In this document: positions 8,477 through 18,386 of the stretch, piece by piece
Layout: the number at the start of each line of letters is the position of its first letter
How positions within the stretch are numbered: position 1 is the first letter of the stretch
Origin: Candidatus Pelethousia sp.
GTDB lineage: Bacteria; Bacillota; Clostridia; Christensenellales; CAG-138
Assembly (NCBI GenBank): GCA_034928145.1
Contig: JAYFPE010000040.1
Span: 5,282 to 69,281, forward strand
Direction: 5' to 3'
DNA: 64,000 nt
Translations under genes and position numbers: made by a program
Notes under the pieces: model-generated
The model's input: only the letters and a program-made list of their open reading frames with translations
Databases searched by the model: none
What the model was told of the DNA's origin: nothing

Positions 8477-8995
8477 ATGGCCAGAAGAAAAAAGAACAAC
8501 GCGCTGATGGATGCCGCACTAGCCTACTTAACACCAAAGGCCCGCACCGTGCGCGAGATGGAACTGCACCTGGATAGCTGCTATTTCGGCGAGGTCGAGG
8601 TTTACGAATGCGTGGAGCGGCTCAAGGAGCTGGGCTATTTGGACGACGCGCGCTACGCGGCGGATTTTGTTGAAAGCAGGCTGCGCACCAGACCGGTGAG
8701 CCGCCGCAAGCTCCATGAGCAGCTTTATAACCATAATCTACCGGAGTCTGTGATCGACAAGGCGCTCGAGGCCGTCACCGACGAGATGGAGCGGGAAAAC
8801 GCCGCTAAGATCGCCGCGAAATATTGGCGGCAGTTTGAAAGTCTGGGAGATTTTGACAGGAAGATCCGGGTGATGCGCCGCCTCGTGGGCCGGGGATATG
8901 ATTTCGATGCCATTCGCCAGAGCGTGGAGGCCATTATCGGCAGCCTGGACGCCATTGACCCGGCGGAACTTGGCGATGGGGAGGAGGAAGAATGA
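8477..8995 (+). CDS. recX: Regulatory protein RecX
   Basis: AALAYL..KART..E, LKELGYLDDARYA and RRLVGRGY motifs. Confidence 0.9.
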   Translation: MARRKKNNALMDAALAYLTPKARTVREMELHLDSCYFGEVEVYECVERLKELGYLDDARYAADFVESRLRTRPVSRRKLHEQLYNHNLPESVIDKALEAVTDEMERENAAKIAAKYWRQFESLGDFDRKIRVMRRLVGRGYDFDAIRQSVEAIIGSLDAIDPAELGDGEEEE

Positions 8996-9909
8996 ACAAT
9001 ACCCTTACGCAGATCAAGGGTCTCTTGGTCGGCCATTATACGGATGAAGCTGCCCGGACCGGCTGCACGGCCGTCCTTTGCCAAAGTGGGGCCGTAGCGG
9101 GGGTGGATGTGCGGGGCAGCGCGCCCGGAACGCGGGAAACGGATCTTTTGCGCGGCTATAACGTAGTTGAAAAGATCAACGCCATCCTGCTCAGCGGCGG
9201 CAGCGCCTTTGGCCTTGATGCGGCGGGGGGCGCGATGCAATATCTTGAAGAGCGGGGCCTCGGCATAAGCGTGGGGCCTACGGTGGTGCCCATCGTGCCC
9301 GCGGCGGTGATCATGGATTTAACGGAGGGGGAGGCCTATAAGCGGCCGGGCAAGGCCGAAGGCTATGCAGCCTGCGCGGCCGCGAGCGAAGATCCGGTGG
9401 CCCAGGGCAGAGTCGGCGCGGGCACGGGGGCCACGGTGAGCAAAGCCTTTGGTTTGCAATATGCCCGCAAGGGCGGTATAGGCAGCTGCTGCATGCATCT
9501 CCCTGGCGGCGTAAGGGTGGCGGCCCTGCTGGTGGTCAACGCCCTTGGGGATATTTATGATCCCGCGACGGGCGCGCTGCGCGCTGCCGCCGTTTTGAAC
9601 GGCAAGCCTACGCCCTGCTTTGATAGCCCGTCCCTTTCGGGCGTGGGCTTTGGCAATACCACCATCGGCGTAATCGCCACCAACGCCCGTCTCACCCGCG
9701 AGGAAGCCAATAAGCTGGCTTCCATGGGGCACGACGGATTGGCCTTGGCCATCCGCCCCGTGCATACCAGCATGGATGGGGATACCCTCTTCGGCCTCGC
9801 TACAGGCGAGGTGGAAGCGCCCTTTTTGCCTATCCTGGCTGCTGCGGCCCAGGCTGCGGCCCAGGCCGTGCTGCTGGCCGTGGAGCACGGGGGGGGGATG
9901 CTGCCGTGA
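8992..9909 (+). CDS. P1/S58 family peptidase (DmpA-like)
   Basis: GVDVRGSAPGTRETD, LSGGSAFGL, GAGTGA, the GNTTIG autoprocessing site and HTSMDGD. Confidence 0.92.
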   Translation: MNNTLTQIKGLLVGHYTDEAARTGCTAVLCQSGAVAGVDVRGSAPGTRETDLLRGYNVVEKINAILLSGGSAFGLDAAGGAMQYLEERGLGISVGPTVVPIVPAAVIMDLTEGEAYKRPGKAEGYAACAAASEDPVAQGRVGAGTGATVSKAFGLQYARKGGIGSCCMHLPGGVRVAALLVVNALGDIYDPATGALRAAAVLNGKPTPCFDSPSLSGVGFGNTTIGVIATNARLTREEANKLASMGHDGLALAIRPVHTSMDGDTLFGLATGEVEAPFLPILAAAAQAAAQAVLLAVEHGGGMLP

Positions 9910-10280
9910 TTTTGGGCACAGGCATCGATGTGATCGAGGTAGAGCGGGTGCAGAAAGCCGCAGCCAAAGAAGCCTTTTTGCGGCGCGTATTCACGGAGGG
10001 CGAGCGGGCCTTTTTTGAGCGGATGAACGGGGATCCGCAGGCCATCGCCGGTACCTTCGCCGCCAAAGAGGCGGTGAGCAAGGCCTTGGGCACGGGCCTT
10101 GCGCAGGGCGTGGAATTCAAGGACATCGAAATCAGCCACCAAAATGGGGGTGCGCCTGCGGCGAACCTGACCGGCGGGGCCGCGGCGCGGCTCAAGGAGA
10201 TAGGCGGCGGCCGGGTGCACATCAGCATTTCCCATATCAAGGCCATTGCGGTAGCCCAGGCGGTGATCGAGGATGAATGA
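9906..10280 (+). CDS. acpS: Holo-[acyl-carrier-protein] synthase
   Basis: GTGIDVIE, FAAKEAVSKALGTG and HISISH motifs. Confidence 0.95.
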   Translation: MILGTGIDVIEVERVQKAAAKEAFLRRVFTEGERAFFERMNGDPQAIAGTFAAKEAVSKALGTGLAQGVEFKDIEISHQNGGAPAANLTGGAAARLKEIGGGRVHISISHIKAIAVAQAVIEDE

Positions 10281-11139
10281 GGTTTTAACCCGCGCGGATA
10301 TCGCCGCCCTGCTCGGCAGGCGGCGGCGGGATTGCAACAAGGGGGATAACGGCAAAGGTTTGCTGCTGGCGGGCAGCGAAGGCTTTTACGGTGCGGCGGT
10401 GATGGCTGCTGCCTCCTGCCTGCGCGCGGGCGTCGGCACCTTGAAGGTACTTTGCCCAGGCGGCGCGTTGGAGGCCTTTTACGCCCTGCCTGAGGCCATG
10501 GTTTATCCGGTGGGCCCCAATTGGGCCGCCGCGGATATGGCGCAGATCCGGGAACGGTTGGCGGAAGCGGATTGCCTTGCCATCGGCCCCGGCTTAGGAA
10601 GGGAAGGCTGTTTGCCCCAGATCGTGCGCCTTGCGCTTTCAACAGGCAAGCCTGCCGTGGTGGATGCGGATGGGCTCAACGCCCTTTCACGCTTTGATGA
10701 TGATGAAAAGGCGGCGCTGCTGCACGAAAACACGATCCTGACCCCGCATCCGGGGGAGATGGCGCGGCTCACAGGCCTTTCCATCGACGAGGTCAAGGCC
10801 GATGTGGCGAGCATCGCGGCGCAATACGCCCGCCGCTGGGGCTGCACGGTGCTGCTCAAGGGAGCGCGGACAGCCATCTCAGGCCCGGATGGAAGGCTCA
10901 AATGGAATGAAACCGGCAATGCGGGCCTAGCCAAGGGCGGCAGCGGGGATGTGCTCACGGGCATCATACTGGCCCTTCTGGGCCAAAAGCTCCCGCCCTA
11001 CGGCGCGGCCTGCGCGGGGAGCTACCTGCTGGGGGCATCTGCGGAGGAAGCGCTAAGCCTCTTGCAGGAGCGCGTCTTGATGGCCCGGGATGTGATCGAC
11101 GCGCTCGAACAAACGCTGGCTATGCTGCGCAAGAATTAA
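10273..11139 (+). CDS. nnrD: ADP-dependent NAD(P)HX dehydratase (no NnrE domain)
   Basis: NKGDNG, IGPGLG, VVDADGLN, TPHPGEMARL and LAKGGSGDVLTG motifs. Confidence 0.92.
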   Translation: MNEVLTRADIAALLGRRRRDCNKGDNGKGLLLAGSEGFYGAAVMAAASCLRAGVGTLKVLCPGGALEAFYALPEAMVYPVGPNWAAADMAQIRERLAEADCLAIGPGLGREGCLPQIVRLALSTGKPAVVDADGLNALSRFDDDEKAALLHENTILTPHPGEMARLTGLSIDEVKADVASIAAQYARRWGCTVLLKGARTAISGPDGRLKWNETGNAGLAKGGSGDVLTGIILALLGQKLPPYGAACAGSYLLGASAEEALSLLQERVLMARDVIDALEQTLAMLRKN

Positions 11140-11152
11140 GGAGATTTATCAT

Positions 11153-12313
11153 ATGCTGCTTTTGAAAAACGCCACGGTGTGGCCTATGACGGATAACGGG
11201 CCGTTTAGCGGGGATATCCTGCTGGAAAACGGCAGGATACGCGCCCTGGGGCGGCAGCTAAGCGCGCCCGGGGCAGAGGTGATCGACCTGACGGGCTGTT
11301 ATGCTTTACCCGGATTGGTAGATGCGCATTGCCACATCGGCATGTGGGAGGATGGCATCCAGGCCGAGGGGGATGATGGTAACGAGATGAGCGACCCCAT
11401 TACCCCCGAATTGCGGGCCATCGACGCGGTGAACCCCTTTGACCGCTGCTTTGAGGAAGCGCGCGCCGGCGGCGTGACCACCTGCGTGACCGGCCCCGGC
11501 AGCGCCAATGTGCTGGGCGGCCAGTTCGCGGCCCTCAAAACCAAGCCCGGCAGTGTGGAAGCCAAGCTCATTCTGGAGCCTGTGGCCATGAAGGCTGCCC
11601 TGGGCGAGAACCCCAAAAGCGTTTACGGCGGCCAAAAGAGCGCCCCGCAAACCCGCATGGCCACGGCTGCGCTTTTGCGCCGCGCCCTGCTGGAAGCGCG
11701 GGACTACGCCCATAAGATGGAGGCGGAGGAGGAAAGCGACCGGCCTGAATTCGACATGACCAAGGCCGCCCTCCTGCCTGTGCTCAACGGCGAGCTGCTG
11801 ATGAAGATACACGCCCACCGGGCGGACGATATCCTCACCGCCATACGTATCGCCAAAGAATTCGGCCTGCGCCTTTCCCTGGAGCATTGCACCGAGGGGC
11901 ACCTGATCCCGTCTGAGATCAAGGCGGCACAGAAAGCCGGGGCCAAGGTCATCCTCGGCCCGCTGCTGACGGATCGAAGCAAGGTGGAGCTGCGCAACCA
12001 AACCTTTGCGGGCCCCCGCATTCTGCACGAGGCGGGGGTGGAGTTCGCCATCATGAGCGACCACCCGGTGATTCCCCTGCAATACCTGCCCGTTTGCGCG
12101 GCGCTGGCCGCGCGGGAGGGCCTGCCGGAGGAGATCGCCGTGCGGGCCATTACCCTGCACGGCGCGCGGGCTGCAGGTCTTGCGGGCCGCATCGGCAGCC
12201 TTGAGCCCGGCAAGGATGGCGATATCGCCGTCTTTTCCGGCCACCCGCTGGAATTCCGGAGCCGCTGCCTGCTTACCATCATCGATGGGGAGATCGTCTA
12301 TGACGCAAGATAG
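11153..12313 (+). CDS. Metal-dependent amidohydrolase
   Basis: PGLVDAHCH, MKAALGENPK, HAH, EH, SDHPV and GSLEPGKDGD motifs. Confidence 0.9.
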   Translation: MLLLKNATVWPMTDNGPFSGDILLENGRIRALGRQLSAPGAEVIDLTGCYALPGLVDAHCHIGMWEDGIQAEGDDGNEMSDPITPELRAIDAVNPFDRCFEEARAGGVTTCVTGPGSANVLGGQFAALKTKPGSVEAKLILEPVAMKAALGENPKSVYGGQKSAPQTRMATAALLRRALLEARDYAHKMEAEEESDRPEFDMTKAALLPVLNGELLMKIHAHRADDILTAIRIAKEFGLRLSLEHCTEGHLIPSEIKAAQKAGAKVILGPLLTDRSKVELRNQTFAGPRILHEAGVEFAIMSDHPVIPLQYLPVCAALAAREGLPEEIAVRAITLHGARAAGLAGRIGSLEPGKDGDIAVFSGHPLEFRSRCLLTIIDGEIVYDAR

Positions 12314-12884
12314 CTTACGCCAGCAAAAAGCCGAACTGCGCAAAGTCATGCGGGCAGCTTTGAAGGAGATTTCGCCTGAGGAACGGGAGCGGCAATCCGC
12401 GCTAGCCTGCGGGCGGCTTTGCTCCCTGCCGGAGTTCCAAACCGCGGGGTTGATCCTGGCCTACATGGCCATGCCGCACGAATGTAGCCCGGCCATGGCC
12501 GTGGCGCAAGCGCAAAGGCTGGGCAAGCGCGTGGCCTTTCCCCTGTGTGGGGCGGATTACGCCCTGCGGCTGCTCGTTCCCAAAGAGCCGGATGCCTTTT
12601 ACCGGGGCACGTATGGCATTTTAGAGCCCATCCCGGAAAAGTGCGAAGAGGTTGGGCCGCAGGAACTGGATTTCATCATCTTGCCAGGCTTGGCCTTTGA
12701 CCAAGCCTGCAATCGGCTGGGCCAGGGGGCGGGCTATTATGACCGGCTGCTGCCTAAGACCGGCGCTTTTTTGGCCGGGCTTTGCCTGGATATCCAGCTG
12801 GTGGAGGCTGTGCCCACAGGCGGGCTGGACGTGCCCTTGCACGCCGTTGCGGCCCCGGGCGGCCTCTATCAAAGGCCCTGTTGA
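12300..12884 (+). CDS. 5-formyltetrahydrofolate cyclo-ligase
   Basis: KAELRK, YGILEP and LPGLAFD..NRLGQGAGYYDR motifs. Confidence 0.92.
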   Translation: MTQDSLRQQKAELRKVMRAALKEISPEERERQSALACGRLCSLPEFQTAGLILAYMAMPHECSPAMAVAQAQRLGKRVAFPLCGADYALRLLVPKEPDAFYRGTYGILEPIPEKCEEVGPQELDFIILPGLAFDQACNRLGQGAGYYDRLLPKTGAFLAGLCLDIQLVEAVPTGGLDVPLHAVAAPGGLYQRPC

Positions 12885-13017
12885 AGCCCGGATCGGAACC
12901 TGACGAAGATAAGTCATATTTGTAAATTCCTGGCATTGGCGCTTGTATGGCGCGTTCATTGATGTTAAACTATAATTTAATATAAGCCTCAAATAAAAGG
13001 CATGCAAGGAGGAGCGG

Positions 13018-13572
13018 GTGCGCATCATTGCCGGCAGCAAACGGGGCTGCGCCATCGCCGCGCCCAAGGGCCTGGATACCCGGCCGACCCTCGATCGGGT
13101 GAAGGAATCCCTCTTTGGCATCCTGCAATTTGAGATCCGCTCCAAGCGGGTGCTCGACCTGTTCGCAGGCTCCGGCAGCTTGGGCTTGGAGGCCCTTTCC
13201 CGGGGCGCGAGCTTCGCCTTTTTCTGCGATGCAAGCCGCGCTGCCGTGCGTGTGGTGGAGGCGAACATCCAAAAGCTTGGCTTTGAAAACCGCTCCAAGG
13301 TTTTAAATTGCTCATTTGAGGCTGCTATCGCCGCCCTTGCGCGAAGCGGTGAGCGGGTGGATATCGTCTTTCTCGATCCGCCCTATGCTTCCGGCCTGCA
13401 CGAGAAGGCCCTGCTGGCCCTTCGCAACAGCGCCATATTGGCCCCGGGGGCCATCCTGATTGCGGAGCACGACCCGGCCCGGCCCCCGGCTTTGCCGGAG
13501 GGGCTGGCAGCTTACGATCAGCGCCGCTATGGCGAGGTAGCGCTATCCTTGATTCGAGAGGAACACCCATGA
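13018..13572 (+). CDS. rsmD: 16S rRNA (guanine(966)-N2)-methyltransferase
   Basis: TRPTLDRVKESLF, LDLFAGSG and FLDPPY motifs. Confidence 0.95.
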   Translation: MRIIAGSKRGCAIAAPKGLDTRPTLDRVKESLFGILQFEIRSKRVLDLFAGSGSLGLEALSRGASFAFFCDASRAAVRVVEANIQKLGFENRSKVLNCSFEAAIAALARSGERVDIVFLDPPYASGLHEKALLALRNSAILAPGAILIAEHDPARPPALPEGLAAYDQRRYGEVALSLIREEHP

Positions 13573-14057
13573 GAATTGCCGTTTATCCCGGCTCCTTCGA
13601 TCCCTTTACGCTGGGCCATCTGGATATCCTCAAGCGGGCCTGCGGCCTGTTCGATCACGTATATGTGGCCGTGCTGGCCAATGGCGAAAAGCATCCTATC
13701 TTCAGCGATGAAGAGCGTTGCGCCATGATCGAGACCAGCATCCGCGCCTGCGGGCTGGAGAATGCCACAGCAGAGCGAAACGAGGGGCTTTTGGCTGATT
13801 ATGTGCGAAAAAAAGAGGCTTTGGCCGTGGTGCGTGGCCTAAGGGACGCGGCGGATCTGGCCTATGAAGCCAGACTGGATTGCGCAAACCGCCGCCTGGT
13901 ACCCGAGCTGGAAACGGTGTGCCTGATGGCCAGGCCGGAAATCAGCTTCCTCAGTTCCGGCATCGTGCGCGAGGTCGGCTCTTATGGCGGCGATATAAGC
14001 GGGCTTGTGCCCGAGTCAATAAAAAATATGATCGCAGAAAGGTTGATAAACCGATGA
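13569..14057 (+). CDS. coaD: Phosphopantetheine adenylyltransferase
   Basis: YPGSFDPFTLGH, VRGLR and FLSSGIVRE motifs. Confidence 0.96.
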   Translation: MRIAVYPGSFDPFTLGHLDILKRACGLFDHVYVAVLANGEKHPIFSDEERCAMIETSIRACGLENATAERNEGLLADYVRKKEALAVVRGLRDAADLAYEARLDCANRRLVPELETVCLMARPEISFLSSGIVREVGSYGGDISGLVPESIKNMIAERLINR

Positions 14058-14890
14058 GCAACGTGCAGAACCTGAAAATTTACGACATCATCGAGCAATT
14101 CGAGGACTTGGTCGAAAATAGCCCGCGCCCCAAGCTCAGCGGCAACGCTACCAAGCGTATTGTGGATGTGGAAGAGATCATGGATCTCTTGGGCGATCTC
14201 AAAACCACCATCCCCGATGATATTCGCCGGGCTAACAGCGTTATCGCTGAATCCCGCTCCATGCTGGCCAATGCCCAGGATCACGCGCAGGATATCGTGC
14301 AACAGGCGGAGCAGCGCGCGGCTGCTACCGTTGCCGAGGCGCAGAGCAAGGCCGCCCAGCTGATGGATAAGGCAAAGGCGGAATATGAGCGCCTTATCGC
14401 GGAGGATGAGATCTACCAGGAGGCTCAAAAGCGGGCCCAGCTTTTGGCCATGAAGGCGGAATACAGCGCCAACGAGGTATATGAAAACGCTAAAACCTAT
14501 GCGGATGATATCCTGGCCGATCTCGAGCGCTTCCTGGGCGAGTATAAACGCCTGGTCGAGGTGAACCGCCGCGATCTGGACGCCCGCGCGCCCCAGCCCG
14601 CAGCTGCCGTGGCGCCGGCCCCGGCTCCCATAGCCGCGCCCCAGCCCGAGCCTATGGCGGCTCCCGCCCCTGCAGCCCCGGCGCCCGCCCCGGCCTATGC
14701 GCCCCCGGCCGCACCCCAGGAGCGGCCCGCAAAGCCCAGCCGCGCCCGCAAGGAAGAGCCGCCGGCGGAGGATTTTGAAGACGACGATGATTTTGAAGAC
14801 GACGATGACGATCACGGCGGCTTCCTCTTCGGCCTCTTCAAGAAAAAGAAGAACTTCGACGAGGACGATTTCGAAGACGACGACGAATAA
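14054..14890 (+). CDS. SepIVA/DivIVA-like coiled-coil protein with Pro/Ala linker and acidic tail
   Basis: IYDIIEQFEDLVE...VDVEEIMDLLGDLKTTIPDDIRRA..V, long coiled coil; position after rsmD-coaD as for actinobacterial sepIVA. Confidence 0.7.
   Translation: MSNVQNLKIYDIIEQFEDLVENSPRPKLSGNATKRIVDVEEIMDLLGDLKTTIPDDIRRANSVIAESRSMLANAQDHAQDIVQQAEQRAAATVAEAQSKAAQLMDKAKAEYERLIAEDEIYQEAQKRAQLLAMKAEYSANEVYENAKTYADDILADLERFLGEYKRLVEVNRRDLDARAPQPAAAVAPAPAPIAAPQPEPMAAPAPAAPAPAPAYAPPAAPQERPAKPSRARKEEPPAEDFEDDDDFEDDDDDHGGFLFGLFKKKKNFDEDDFEDDDE
14771..14806 (+). repeat. In-frame 18-bp tandem repeat (DFEDDD x2; third variant at about 14867)
   Basis: GATTTTGAAGACGACGAT occurs twice in tandem. Confidence 0.8.
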
Positions 14891-14974
14891 CCGGATCTTT
14901 CTTCCCTTTTAAATGATCATGGCGCTGTGGATTTTATTTCGCGCGCCATTTTTTATTTGAGAGGACACGCAACC

Positions 14975-15880
14975 ATGCCTAGCTGCATCGAGACCCGCTG
15001 CGCCACGGCGCTGCATAAAACGCCACAGGGCCGGGGCGGCCCTTACGGCTGCGACCTCAACCCCTACCGGGGCTGCGCGCACCGGTGCCAGTATTGCTTT
15101 GCGCAGTATTCCCACGCCTATCTGGAAGATGGGGATTACTTCGGCCATATCTACGTGAAAACCAACATCGCCGAACGACTGGATCGCGAGCTATCCTCAA
15201 AGGCATGGGACGGCCGGCCCATCAATTTGGGCGACGTAACGGATAGCTACCAGCCCTGTGAGGGCCGTTACAGCCTGATGCCTGAGGTTTGGCGGGTGCT
15301 CATCAGGCACAAAGCTCCCTGCGTGATCTCCACCAAATCCGCCCTTATCCTGCGGGATTTCGAGCTGATCGAGCGATTGGCCTCGCTCACGTATGTGAAT
15401 GTGGCCTGCACCATCACAACGCTCAATGAAGCGGTGCGCCAAAAGCTGGAGCCGCACGCCGCGCCCTCTGCCGCCCGGCTGGCCGTGCTTAGCGCCTTTT
15501 CTAAATCGGGCGCCTCCACGGGCCTGCATATGATGCCCATCGTTCCCTACCTGACGGATGGCGAGGAGAACATCAACGCCCTGCATTGCGCGGCCAAGGA
15601 GGCGGGGGTGAATTACATCCTGCCAGGCATGCTCAACCTCAAGGGCAAAACGCGGGATACCTTTTTCACCTGCATGGATCGGGATTTCCCCGGCTACTAC
15701 CGCGATATCTGGGCCGCCTATCAAAACGGGCGGCTGGATAAGGCTGTGCGTGAGCGGGCCTATGCCAGGGTACGGGCCGCGCAGGCGCAATATGAAATCG
15801 GCGCGGACTATATGGCCCCGAGCCGCCGCTTCTTTAAAAATAATTATAATGAGCGAGCGGAACAGCTGACCTTTCTTTAA
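14975..15880 (+). CDS. Radical SAM protein, SplB/Rv2578c-like
   Basis: LNPYRGCAHRCQYCF (CxxxCxxC), VTDSYQP, STKS and RQKLEP motifs; C-terminal QLTFL. Confidence 0.88.
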   Translation: MPSCIETRCATALHKTPQGRGGPYGCDLNPYRGCAHRCQYCFAQYSHAYLEDGDYFGHIYVKTNIAERLDRELSSKAWDGRPINLGDVTDSYQPCEGRYSLMPEVWRVLIRHKAPCVISTKSALILRDFELIERLASLTYVNVACTITTLNEAVRQKLEPHAAPSAARLAVLSAFSKSGASTGLHMMPIVPYLTDGEENINALHCAAKEAGVNYILPGMLNLKGKTRDTFFTCMDRDFPGYYRDIWAAYQNGRLDKAVRERAYARVRAAQAQYEIGADYMAPSRRFFKNNYNERAEQLTFL

Positions 15881-16929
15881 GAAGCGCCGCTTTTGCGGCC
15901 CGCGGCCGCGCCCAGGAGAAGCACCGTACTCACCCCGATCAAGGAGATACCGGCTGTCAGCGCAGCCGAAAGGGCGTTATCTTTCAGCGCTTGTGGCGGA
16001 AGAGAGGAGAAGACGGCTTGTGCATCCGGCAAAAACAGCGGCGTAAACAAATACGCCAACAGGCCCGCCAAACAGCCTTGCAGCAACTTGCGCCAAAGAT
16101 AGCGCCCAGCCCGCAAGTTGGCGACCGTTAAGGACTGCGCCAATATGCACACACCGCCAAAGCTGAAGAAGAAAGCCGCTAAAGCCGCCGTCTGCCTGAG
16201 GCTCAGGCCTGCTGCGGCCAGCGCCCGGCAGCCCTGAACCATTTCCAGCATGCCGGAAAGCAGGACGGCGGACAATTCGGGCGATTGACCGAATTTTGCG
16301 AACACTGCGCCAAGCGGGGCCGTCACTAAGGCGAAGAGGCCGATTTCTTCCAGTACGGCCTGAAAGGCCATGAAAACCATGATCGCGCCGCCTACGGTGA
16401 AGAGGGCCGTTACGCCGGAGCCGAGCGCCTCGCCCAGCAGGCGCAAAAAGGAGGCCGATTCCGCAGATTTCTCCGTTATCGCGGGCACGGGGGCTTCTAC
16501 CACCTTGTCGTTAGCCAGCAGCAGGAAAACGCCTGCGGCCAGGAATTGCGCCAGCAAGATGGGCCAGGCGATGGCAGGGCGGCCCAGCATGCCTGCGGCG
16601 AAGCTGCCGCAGATAAACATGGGGCTAACCGCGTTGAGGGCGGCGGCGGTATCCGTCACATCCCCGCCGGCCCAGCCCGAGAGCCGCGCGCCTGCGGGCG
16701 CGCCGGAGACCATGCTAAGGCCGTAGAGGGTCCATCGACCCCGGCCCGTGATCGCGCCGCAATGCTGCATGATATGGGCGCATACAAAAAAGGGAAGCAG
16801 GGCGGGGAAGACATGATCCCGCCAAAGATAAAAGCCCTCACGGGCCGCAGCTAAGGCCGGGGCGCTATAGAGCGCCAGCAGCAGGCAGCATAGGCCGCAG
16901 AAGGCAAAGATCAATATGGACTTACGCAT
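15877..16929 (-). CDS. ylbJ: Sporulation integral membrane protein YlbJ-like
   Basis: VFPALLPFFV, SGAPAGA, SPMFICG, GMLEMVQG and FGGVCILAQ motifs; synteny with coaD and tmcAL. Confidence 0.85.
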   Translation of the reverse strand: MRKSILIFAFCGLCCLLLALYSAPALAAAREGFYLWRDHVFPALLPFFVCAHIMQHCGAITGRGRWTLYGLSMVSGAPAGARLSGWAGGDVTDTAAALNAVSPMFICGSFAAGMLGRPAIAWPILLAQFLAAGVFLLLANDKVVEAPVPAITEKSAESASFLRLLGEALGSGVTALFTVGGAIMVFMAFQAVLEEIGLFALVTAPLGAVFAKFGQSPELSAVLLSGMLEMVQGCRALAAAGLSLRQTAALAAFFFSFGGVCILAQSLTVANLRAGRYLWRKLLQGCLAGLLAYLFTPLFLPDAQAVFSSLPPQALKDNALSAALTAGISLIGVSTVLLLGAAAGRKSGAS

Positions 16930-16990
16930 GGGCCGCCTCCAACATAGGAATATTTCTATATCTTTATCCTTATGCCGGGCACGGCGCGTT

Positions 16991-18184
16991 TCAGTCTACG
17001 ATCAGCAGCGGCTCGCCAAAATCAAAGGGCGCAGCCTGCGGGGTTTGCGCGGCCAGGCAGGCGATCTCGGCCGCGCGCAGATCTAACTCGAACAGGCTGC
17101 GCTGAGCCGGCGCGAGCCGGGTTGCGTCCGCGAATTTGCTTATCACGGGCACGGCGGCGCATTGGTTAAGGCGGCTCAACAGGGGGAAGGCTTCCCGACG
17201 TACGCCCAGTACGCGCAGGTAATCGCCTTGCGCGGCAGCCTGAAGATCCGCCCCGCTGATGCCCAACAGGGCGCAGAGGCATGCCCGCTTGAGCCGGGCC
17301 ATGGGATAGCGCCGGGTCTTAACCAGGGCCAGCAGCTCATCCACGGTGGCTGTCTCGCGGCAGGCGCGGTAAAGGGGATTTTCCAGGCCTTCGCGCACCT
17401 CGCCCAGGGCTGCCAGCTCATCTTTTGTGAGGCGGCGCAGGGCGTAAAGGATGGCTTGGGAAAGGCTGCCGAATTCGCGCAGGCCGCCGCTCTGGACGAT
17501 ATTTTGAATATCCGATCGGGCGGTTGCGCAGAGGAAAGGGGCCAGGGATTCCCAATCCCCGGCGCGGATGCCGTTTCGCAGGGCCGTGGCGCTCGCGTGC
17601 GCGGCGGCCAGGCCGCCCTCGTCGTGCCCCGCGCCTTGGCGGGCCAGGGCGATGGGCTCCATAGGCGAACCGAGCGCATCGAGAGCGCGCATGTATTCGA
17701 GGCCCAGAATATCGTTGGGGCCTGCGGGCAGAGCGGGCAGCGCGGCGCGCAGGGCCGAGCCGCAGGCGGCAGGATAGCTTTGGCCTGCTTCTAAAGCCGC
17801 GCGCAGGGCCGCCGCGCGCACCGGTCCATCCTCTGTGGTCAGGGCGGCGCTAAGCAGGCCCACATCCCCGCTTTCGCTGCCAAAGCAGAGGGCGTCCACC
17901 AGGCCGCACTTGTGCAGCAGACCCACGGCCCCCTTGGCAAAGCCCGCCGCGCTGGTGAGGGAATAGGGGGCGGGGAGGGAGAGCACCAGGTCGGCCCCGC
18001 TTTGCAGGGCCCATTTAGCCCGGAGTTTTTTGGGGAACATGGCCGGTTCCCCCCGTTGCACGAAATCCCCGCTCATGATGGCCAGGGCATAGTCCGCCTG
18101 TGCCAGGGCCTTGGCCCGGGCCAGGTGGTAAGCATGACCGCTGTGGAAAGGATTATATTCGGCGATAACGCCTACGACGCGCAT
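16991..18184 (-). CDS. tmcAL: tRNA(Met) cytidine acetate ligase (YlbM)
   Basis: IAEYNPFHSGH, MSGDFVQRGEP, FGSE, PNDILGLEY and SATALR motifs. Confidence 0.93.
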   Translation of the reverse strand: MRVVGVIAEYNPFHSGHAYHLARAKALAQADYALAIMSGDFVQRGEPAMFPKKLRAKWALQSGADLVLSLPAPYSLTSAAGFAKGAVGLLHKCGLVDALCFGSESGDVGLLSAALTTEDGPVRAAALRAALEAGQSYPAACGSALRAALPALPAGPNDILGLEYMRALDALGSPMEPIALARQGAGHDEGGLAAAHASATALRNGIRAGDWESLAPFLCATARSDIQNIVQSGGLREFGSLSQAILYALRRLTKDELAALGEVREGLENPLYRACRETATVDELLALVKTRRYPMARLKRACLCALLGISGADLQAAAQGDYLRVLGVRREAFPLLSRLNQCAAVPVISKFADATRLAPAQRSLFELDLRAAEIACLAAQTPQAAPFDFGEPLLIVD

Positions 18185-18386
18185 GCAGGGAGACCTCCGC
18201 TATGTTTTGCCACGAGTATACCATACGGTAGAGGGATTGAGCAAAAATTATCCGGCGAAAAGCGCGGAAAATGATGAAAAGGCAAAGCGGCTGTGCTATA
18301 ATACTATAGCTGTGTTGGCGCTCCCAGAGCGCATAACATACTTTTTTTGAGCAATTCATTTCTTGCGCAAGCGAAAGGAGTTATCA

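Noticed and set aside
10273-11139. NnrD lacking the NnrE epimerase domain as a truncation or pseudogene
   Set aside because: Stand-alone NnrD is common in Bacillota and the motifs are intact.
12885-13017. 6S RNA or a small SASP gene near the 5-formyl-THF cyclo-ligase and rsmD
   Set aside because: The interval is short and AT-rich, looks promoter-like, and has no long hairpin or credible ORF.
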